NCBI GenBank assembly: GCA_048939015.1
Contig: JBHLPW010000066.1
Span: forward strand, 1 to 24,591
Origin: Promethearchaeota archaeon
GTDB lineage: Archaea > Asgardarchaeota > Lokiarchaeia > Sigyniarchaeales > SOKP01
DNA length: 24,591 nucleotides
Direction: 5' to 3'
Part shown: piece by piece, positions 18,074 to 24,591 of the stretch
Numbering within the stretch: the stretch's first letter is position 1
Layout of the letters: each line of letters begins with the position of its first letter
Translations under genes and position numbers: made by a program
Notes under the pieces: generated by a model
The model's input: only the letters and a program-made list of their open reading frames with translations
The model's database searches: none
What the model was told of the DNA's origin: nothing

Positions 18074-19876
18074 TTACATTCCCCACCAGGGATGGTTAAC
18101 TTTTCGCATTATGGTGATAAATTCTCTCAAAGCTTGTTTCTGATCGTTTGTTAACTCATCTAAAAACTTACCCATTAGTTGCCTAACATGAGATTCAGGA
18201 ACGTTTACATATAATGTTTCATCTTTTTCAAGATCTCGTCCAATTTCAATTCCACGGACTGAGATTGCAACTTCTGAATCCTTGGGGGCTTTCTCAAGAG
18301 TTTGCCCTTTGTCTTGAATTTGATGAATTCTTCTTACTCTCTTACCCTTATCAGTTATTATCGGAACTTTTGGATATAACGTACCTGCTTCGACATGAAC
18401 TCCAAAAACTGCGGGATCTGAATTTCGGAATATAAACTCAGGAAACATTTTCATCTTAGCCGGTAAAATGAGTTCACTCAACCCTTTTGCTGTATCTTCT
18501 GCCTTTCTCACTTCTGCATACTCAATGTATTCTTCTAATAAGCGATAAATAACATTATTTGTAAAAATCCTTATATTATCCTTAATTGCTTGTTCATTAG
18601 CTTCAGGTAGAATTGGAACATTAAACCCTAAAACTGCAGCAGAATATGGATCTAATTGTTTTACTATGTTTGCATTTATAATGTCTTCCTTTTTTATAGG
18701 TCCGACATCAGCAACACTTATTTTTACACCATTTTTACTGAAGTGATTTTCTAATGCTTCAAGAGAACCCAAAGTATCCGCTTTTAATACAACTCCTGCC
18801 TTATCTGTCTTTATCCTTATACTCTCTACTTCAGATTCAATTTCATTATAAACTAATTCTTCTTCAGAGGGGTCCATAATACCTCTAAATGGAGAACCTG
18901 CTACCACATCTTCAATATTTGGAGCAAGTATTTTAATACCTGCTGCGGCAGTAATAAAGTCAACAGAATCAAATTTTTGTCTTGGATCTCGTATCTCATC
19001 TAATGGTTTGGGAGTTAATAAAGCTCTTACTTTCGATTTAATAGGTTTTTCTAATCCGCCAACTATAAATTCATCTCCTTTATTAATAATACCATCATAT
19101 ATGAGAACATCCATAGTTTTTCCTTGTCCCTTTTCCTTTTTTACTTCCAATACAACTCCTCTAGCTGATCCTTCAGAGAATCGAAGATTTGTAGTTAAAT
19201 ACTGTTGGACTAATCCCATTAATATCATTAAAAGTGTTGAGATACCTTCTCCAGTTTTCCCACTTGTTGGTACAATTGCAATTTTCTTTGTAAAATCTTT
19301 TATTTTATCGTATCGATCAATTCCTTTGAATCCTTCTTCTAAGAAGTTTCCAACTATTTGTAAGAGTTTCTCGTCTAAAAAATCCTTCACATGAGGTTTC
19401 TGAGAATTATATGAATCAAGAAAATCTGCATCTTTTTTTGATTTCCAACCAGAGATTCTATCAATTTTATTTGCGGCAATCACGAAAGGAGTTTTCCTCT
19501 CCCGTAGGATTCGAACAGATTCCCATGTGATTGGCATCGTCCCAGCAGTAACGTCTATCACTAAAATCGCTATATCAGCAACAGCTCCACCTCTTCTTCG
19601 TAAATTCAAGAATGCCGCATGACCTGGAGTATCGACAACTAATATGCCTGGAAGTTTAATATCTTTGTCAGCAAACTCTTTTTTGGATTTTCCCAAAAAT
19701 TTTTTAACATCTTCAGTCGGAAAGTAAGATGCACCAATATGTTGGGTAATTCCTGCAGCTTCTCGTTGCTGAACAACAGTACCTCTAATATAATCTAATA
19801 TTGTAGTCTTACCATGATCGATATGTCCTAAAATACATACTATTGGGGCTCTAATTACATTATTTTTTTCAATCAA
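18074..19876 (-). CDS. infB: Translation initiation factor aIF5B (IF-2)
   Basis: IRAPIVCILGHIDHGKTT, EAAGITQHIGA, DTPGH, ANKID, KADTLGSLEAL, IFRNSDPAVFGV. TTG start. Confidence 0.97.
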   Translation of the reverse strand: MIEKNNVIRAPIVCILGHIDHGKTTILDYIRGTVVQQREAAGITQHIGASYFPTEDVKKFLGKSKKEFADKDIKLPGILVVDTPGHAAFLNLRRRGGAVADIAILVIDVTAGTMPITWESVRILRERKTPFVIAANKIDRISGWKSKKDADFLDSYNSQKPHVKDFLDEKLLQIVGNFLEEGFKGIDRYDKIKDFTKKIAIVPTSGKTGEGISTLLMILMGLVQQYLTTNLRFSEGSARGVVLEVKKEKGQGKTMDVLIYDGIINKGDEFIVGGLEKPIKSKVRALLTPKPLDEIRDPRQKFDSVDFITAAAGIKILAPNIEDVVAGSPFRGIMDPSEEELVYNEIESEVESIRIKTDKAGVVLKADTLGSLEALENHFSKNGVKISVADVGPIKKEDIINANIVKQLDPYSAAVLGFNVPILPEANEQAIKDNIRIFTNNVIYRLLEEYIEYAEVRKAEDTAKGLSELILPAKMKMFPEFIFRNSDPAVFGVHVEAGTLYPKVPIITDKGKRVRRIHQIQDKGQTLEKAPKDSEVAISVRGIEIGRDLEKDETLYVNVPESHVRQLMGKFLDELTNDQKQALREFITIMRKVNHPWWGM

Positions 19877-20327
19877 TTTGCCACAAAACTTTTTTGTTAA
19901 TTAATATGAAATTAAAACTAATATAACAATAATAATAAAAATAGCATTTGATTTTAACAATGTTATAGTAATTAATGTAAATAGATTATTTAAAACCAAA
20001 AAGCTAGGTCCGTTTTCGTTGCATGCTATTACTGTAACTTAATAACATACACTTAAATATCTCAGAACCAATTGTTAGAATATAATATCCTTTACAAATT
20101 GTTTTTTTATTAAAAATTAATTTGATCTCACCTGGTTCCCTTAAAATTTTTACTTGATTTACTTTATAAATTCACAACAATCATTCTTTCAATAAAACTA
20201 TACTCTGATTGAAGTCTTAGGAACAATAATAAAATAGTATTGACCAAAAAACAACTTGATAAACTCGATAGAATCATATAGTGTATCGGGATTTTAACCA
20301 TAAGATGATATTACTGTGATGGAAAAG

Positions 20328-20367
20328 TAAATTCAGAGTCTGAATTTAATGAAAATTCATTTGAAAT
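20328..20367. repeat. 40-bp direct repeat, copy 1, with perfect 21-bp palindrome
   Basis: taaattcagagtctgaatttaatgaaaattcatttgaaat. TAAATTCAGA-g-TCTGAATTTA is a perfect inverted repeat. Confidence 0.8.
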
Positions 20368-20569
20368 GAACAGAAATGAATCTATTATTTTCTCAGATTT
20401 AACGTCCAAGAAAGACCAATAGTTTATGAATCTCTCAGAAGAAAAATATTATTGATATATACATTTTTTTTCAAGAACTAAAGGAAAGACTGAAGAGTCA
20501 AAATGTTTAAATACCTAAAGTATATATACATATATAATAATATATACAAATATATAATCATCTAAAAAA

Positions 20570-20830
20570 TTGAAAATTAATAGAGATTTGATAAAGAGAC
20601 CTAAATGTGAGCATTGTGGGAACCATATCCGTAGAATTCGTAAGTGGTATAGTGGAGCCATTGGAGGAGAAATTCCTGACTATTGTCCTACCTGTGGTGA
20701 AAGAATAAGTACAAATATACAAGTAAATATGGATAAACATAAAAATATTCAAATTGGTTTAATTTGTTCATATTTCATAATAGTATTTATAATTGCAGTG
20801 ATAGTACTTAGTAATTTGAATTCTAAGTAA
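20570..20830 (+). CDS. Small zinc-ribbon protein with C-terminal transmembrane helix
   Basis: CEHCG...YCPTCG followed by hydrophobic IGLICSYFIIVFIIAVIVL. TTG start after a TATA-rich tract (20521-20560). Confidence 0.75.
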   Translation: MKINRDLIKRPKCEHCGNHIRRIRKWYSGAIGGEIPDYCPTCGERISTNIQVNMDKHKNIQIGLICSYFIIVFIIAVIVLSNLNSK

Positions 20831-20929
20831 TTTTTTTTAGCAGGATCGACTTTAATCACACTAAGATTGAGACCAAAACTATCAATTTTAAATTTTGTCC
20901 CGAATATCTTTGAAATTGGTAATGAAAGA

Positions 20930-20969
20930 TAAATTCAGAGTCTGATTTCAATGAGAATTTCTTTGAAAT
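20930..20969. repeat. 40-bp direct repeat, copy 2
   Basis: taaattcagagtctgatttcaatgagaatttctttgaaat. 35/40 identical to 20328-20367. Confidence 0.8.
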
Positions 20970-21066
20970 TTTCATAGCAACTACTAAGCAAGGAATTAAA
21001 TATCCTTTCTCAAAATGTGAATGATTTTTTAAGTTTTAAATTATTTAATAGTTAGAGTGAATAAAG

Positions 21067-21439
21067 TTGCAAATTTTTTTAGAGATAGTAAGTGCTGGAA
21101 AATTGGACGAAAAAATATTTGAATTTATAATTCATAGTCGGCTAATAAGTGGGAATTAATATATCTTTATAATGATACAGCAGATTTTGATCTTCAAGAT
21201 TATGAAAATCAACCGATTGAACTGTTAATTATTGCTCATAATGTTTCTATCAAGATAAACCGTGGAAACCCGATATACAACTAAAAGATCGATTCCTAAA
21301 AGTAATTAAAGGGAATTATCTTGTAAAATATAATAAATTCTGTTATTCACTTGATTTTTATGCTATTCAAATTGAAGATGGTTTCTTTCTAATCCATCCT
21401 AAGAATGCTGAAAAGTTATCAATTGAAGATACTAAATAA
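21067..21439 (+). pseudogene. Probable frameshifted pseudogene of an unknown protein
   Basis: Three overlapping protein-like open segments joined by two -1 shifts: MQIFLEIVSAGKLDEKIFEFIIHSRLISG / ELIYLYNDTADFDLQDYENQPIELLIIAHNVS / QDKPWKPDIQLKDRFLKVIKGNYLVK...YAIQIEDGFFLIHPKNAEKLSIEDTK*. Confidence 0.45.
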
Positions 21440-21670
21440 TTGTCTTTTTACGTAGGGAAATTTTATATGATTGCATGGCATCCAATTGAACAATGTTGAC
21501 TATTTTTTTCTCTCCAATTAAAATTTAATCTACAATATTCATTACTTCCCTCCCCCGTGGTACTCCCTTTAAAGAATTATTTTTTCTTCTTCAATCTCAA
21601 ATATTTAAAGATTGTAGAGGTTAAGAATTTAATTTTAAAACTCAAAAAATAAAAGAAGTCAAATTAAGAG

Positions 21671-24544
21671 TTAGTTATTATTAAGGTATTTTTTTAAATA
21701 TTGAGCAGTAAATGAATGAGTATTGTTAATAATTTCTTCGGGAGCCCCGGTACATACAATATTACCTCCTTTTTCACCACCCTCGGGACCTAGATCAATA
21801 ATATAATCAACAGATTTTATAATATCCATATTATGTTCAATTATTATGACTGTATTACCTTTATCTACTAACTTTTGAAGTACTTTTAGCAAATAATTAA
21901 TGTCGAAAGAGCTAAGACCAGTTGTAGGTTCATCTAAAATATAGAGTGTGTTTCCAGTACTAGTCTTTCTTAACTCTCTCGCAATTTTTAAACGTTGTGA
22001 TTCTCCTCCACTTAAAGTAGTGGAAGATTGACCTAATTCTAAATAACCTAATCCAACATCTACAACTGTTTTAATAGTCCTTTTTAACTTTGGATAACTA
22101 TCAAAAAATTCTAAAGCTTGATGGAAGGTCATTTTCAAGACGTCATAAATAGACTTTCCTCGATACTTAATATCTAAGGTTTCAGCGTTATATCTTTTCC
22201 CTTTGCATAAATCACACTTTATATATACATCAGGTAAGAAATACATTTCCTTCAGGATATATCCGGTCCCTCTACACTTCTTACAATGTCCAACTTTAGT
22301 ATTAAAACTGAATCTTCCTTTTTTGTATCCTCTTTCTTTAGATTCAGGTAAACCAGCAAAGATTTCTCTTATATAATCTAATGCTTTTGTATATGTTGCA
22401 GGGACTGATCGTGGAGTCCTGCCTATTGGTGATTGATCAATATTTATGATTTTGTCGATCCTATCATGACCAATTATCTTATCAAATTTTCCTTGATTAA
22501 TTTTTGAACTCCGAGTATTAACAATATTGTGAAGTCCTTTATATAAACAATCAATAATCAAGCTTGTTTTTCCAGCTCCAGAAACCCCAGTGATACAGGT
22601 AAATATCCCTAAAGGGATCTTTACATCAATCCCTTTTAAATTATTTTCTTCTGCTCCTTTTATTTCAATAAAATTTTGACTAATCTCTCGTCTTTTTTTT
22701 GGAATTTCGATTTTTTTTTTTCCAGATAAATATTCACCTGTTAAAGAGTTTGATTTAATAATTGTCTCTATAGGCCCTTCAGCTACAATTTCACCTCCCA
22801 GTTCTCCAGCTAAAGGTCCTAAATCGATGATATGATCTGAACTACGCATAATAGCTTCATCATGTTCTACAACTATTACAGTATTACCTAAATCCCTTAA
22901 CTTTTTAAGCATATTAATTAGCCGTGAGATATCTCTTTGATGTAAACCTATACTTGGTTCATCAAGAACATAGAGTACTCCTACCAAGCTTGATCCTAAT
23001 TGCGTGGCTAATCTAATCCTTTCTGCTTCTCCCACAGATAATGTATCTGAACGCCGGTTTAATGAAATATAGTCTAATCCAACATTTTCAAGAAAGGAAA
23101 GCCTATCAAATATTTCTTTTAAGACTTCTTTTACAACTACCTTCTCAGTTTCATTTAAATTTAATTCTTTAAAAAATTTAAGAGAATCTTTAACAGCTAA
23201 AGCAGATAATTCAGCAATATTTAGGTTATCAACTGTTACAGCTAAACTTTCTGGTTTTAATCTTTGTCCTTCACATTGAGGACAATTTACTCTATTCATA
23301 AAACTTTCATAAACATCTCGAGCCCATTCTGAACGAGTTTCCATGTACCTTCTATGAAGTATTGGAATAATACCATCGAAAGGTCTTGAAACTTGCCATG
23401 AAGATTTAAAATCTCCATTATGATTTCTATAATCATTGTTATCGCTTTCAAAATGAAAATCTATTGATTCGTTTTCTGAACCATATAAAATTTTTTGAAG
23501 TTTTTTAGGATCGATATCTTTAATTGGAGTATCATCTGTATCAAAATCATAATGTTTTGCGACTTGTACTATTGTTTGCCAAGAATATCCATTTTCAGAT
23601 CCAAATCCTGGAATGTCTCTAATTGGAGTCTCTTGCAACGGTACATCTAAATCATTTCCTAAAAGTAAACCATAATCAAATTCCATAACATTACCTAAAC
23701 CACTACAATATTTACAACTTCCATGGGGAATGTTAAAAGAAAACATTTTATGATCTAATGGAGGAAAAGATATTCCACAATCAACACAAGCAAGATGTTC
23801 TGAATATATTTGTTCTTCTTGTCCAACTTTCTCAATAATAACCAAGCCATCTGTTAGTTCAAGTGCATTTTCAACGGAATCCGCCAACCTGGTTTTTATA
23901 TCCTTACGCATTACTAACCTATCAACTACAACATTAATATTGTGTTTCACGTTTTTTTCCATTGAGATATCTTCATCTAAGGTATATTGAATCCCATCAA
24001 CTTCTACTCTAACGTATCCTTGTTTCTTTAAATCTTGTAGTAAATCTTTGTATTCTCCCTTTCTATCTCTAATCATTGGGGCTTTAACAATGAATTTTTG
24101 ATTTTCTTTAATTGTATTCATCACTTGTTGAATAATTTGTTGTGGAGTTTGAGGTTTAATCTCTTTTCCACAGTTAGGACAATGTGGAATTCCAATATTA
24201 GCAAATAACAATCGATAATAATCATATATTTCAGTTACAGTTCCAACTGTGCTTCTAGGATTTTTTGATAGTGGTTTTTGTTCTATTGCTATTGCGGGAG
24301 ACAGTCCCTCTATTGAATCTACATCCGGTTTATCCATCTCCCCTAAGAATTGTCTTGCATAACTAGATAATGATTCAAGAAACCTGCGTTGCCCCTCAGC
24401 ATATAAAGTATCCATTGCTAAACTACTCTTTCCACTTCCACTAATTCCTGTAATAACGACTAGTTTATTGCGTGGAATTATGACATCTATGTTTTTAAGG
24501 TTGTTCTGCCTTGCTCCTTTAATAATAATTGAATTCTGACTCAT
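21671..24544 (-). CDS. uvrA: Excinuclease ABC subunit A
   Basis: GARQNNLKNI, GISGSGKSS, LYAEGQRR, NPRSTVGT, LDEPSIGLHQRD, GVSGAGKT, DQSPIGRTPRS, LSGGESQR, and CxxC zinc fingers. Confidence 0.98.
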   Translation of the reverse strand: MSQNSIIIKGARQNNLKNIDVIIPRNKLVVITGISGSGKSSLAMDTLYAEGQRRFLESLSSYARQFLGEMDKPDVDSIEGLSPAIAIEQKPLSKNPRSTVGTVTEIYDYYRLLFANIGIPHCPNCGKEIKPQTPQQIIQQVMNTIKENQKFIVKAPMIRDRKGEYKDLLQDLKKQGYVRVEVDGIQYTLDEDISMEKNVKHNINVVVDRLVMRKDIKTRLADSVENALELTDGLVIIEKVGQEEQIYSEHLACVDCGISFPPLDHKMFSFNIPHGSCKYCSGLGNVMEFDYGLLLGNDLDVPLQETPIRDIPGFGSENGYSWQTIVQVAKHYDFDTDDTPIKDIDPKKLQKILYGSENESIDFHFESDNNDYRNHNGDFKSSWQVSRPFDGIIPILHRRYMETRSEWARDVYESFMNRVNCPQCEGQRLKPESLAVTVDNLNIAELSALAVKDSLKFFKELNLNETEKVVVKEVLKEIFDRLSFLENVGLDYISLNRRSDTLSVGEAERIRLATQLGSSLVGVLYVLDEPSIGLHQRDISRLINMLKKLRDLGNTVIVVEHDEAIMRSSDHIIDLGPLAGELGGEIVAEGPIETIIKSNSLTGEYLSGKKKIEIPKKRREISQNFIEIKGAEENNLKGIDVKIPLGIFTCITGVSGAGKTSLIIDCLYKGLHNIVNTRSSKINQGKFDKIIGHDRIDKIINIDQSPIGRTPRSVPATYTKALDYIREIFAGLPESKERGYKKGRFSFNTKVGHCKKCRGTGYILKEMYFLPDVYIKCDLCKGKRYNAETLDIKYRGKSIYDVLKMTFHQALEFFDSYPKLKRTIKTVVDVGLGYLELGQSSTTLSGGESQRLKIARELRKTSTGNTLYILDEPTTGLSSFDINYLLKVLQKLVDKGNTVIIIEHNMDIIKSVDYIIDLGPEGGEKGGNIVCTGAPEEIINNTHSFTAQYLKKYLNNN

Positions 24545-24591
24545 ATTTACAACTATTTATTATAGTATTTCATAAAACAAAAATTTCATGG

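Noticed and set aside
5070-19394. Short alternative ORFs (5070, 10309, 13116, 14166, 14312, 15804, 16007, 17607, 18214, 19008)
   Set aside because: All lie within or antisense to well-conserved genes; they are shadow ORFs.
20240-20455. Stop-interrupted reading frame (possible readthrough or recoded gene)
   Set aside because: Contains mixed TAG and TGA stops and no recognisable motif; at most a decayed remnant.
20558-20752. 64-aa minus-strand ORF
   Set aside because: Antisense to the zinc-ribbon gene, which has clear CxxC pairs and a TM helix.
20328-20969. CRISPR array or dif site
   Set aside because: Only two copies with a 562-bp spacer and no cas genes; the dyad has a 1-bp centre rather than the 6-bp centre of dif.
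21546-21568. GC-rich patch downstream of uvrA as ncRNA, SECIS or terminator
   Set aside because: No self-complementary stem or tRNA-like structure could be built.

Overview
AT-rich, gene-dense archaeal DNA, most likely from an Asgard archaeon (Lokiarchaeia-like). This assignment is inferred from archaeal Taw1, class I CCA enzyme, aEF-2 and aIF5B, together with three Ras-superfamily small GTPases, an EF-2 lacking the HRG diphthamide motif, and a bacterial-type UvrA. Left end (229-3911): accessory-looking module with a small BECR/toxin-like ORF, a 937-aa protein (N-terminal peptide repeats, degenerate LAGLIDADG pair, C-terminal PD-(D/E)XK nuclease) and an apparently 5'-truncated double winged-helix gene. 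Middle: nucleoside phosphorylase-like gene, Taw1 with an inserted wHTH-like domain, PadR divergent from two ICMT/PEMT-family methyltransferases, EngB, an acidic repeat protein, a HAD hydrolase, a multi-TM MCP and three small GTPases, two of them with mixed Rab/Rho features. Right: EF-2, CCA, aIF5B, then a ~1.8 kb variable spacer holding a zinc-ribbon membrane gene between two 40-bp palindromic direct repeats plus a frameshifted pseudogene, then uvrA. No rRNA, tRNA, CRISPR array or transposase was recognised. All family calls come from motifs read by eye, without database searches.
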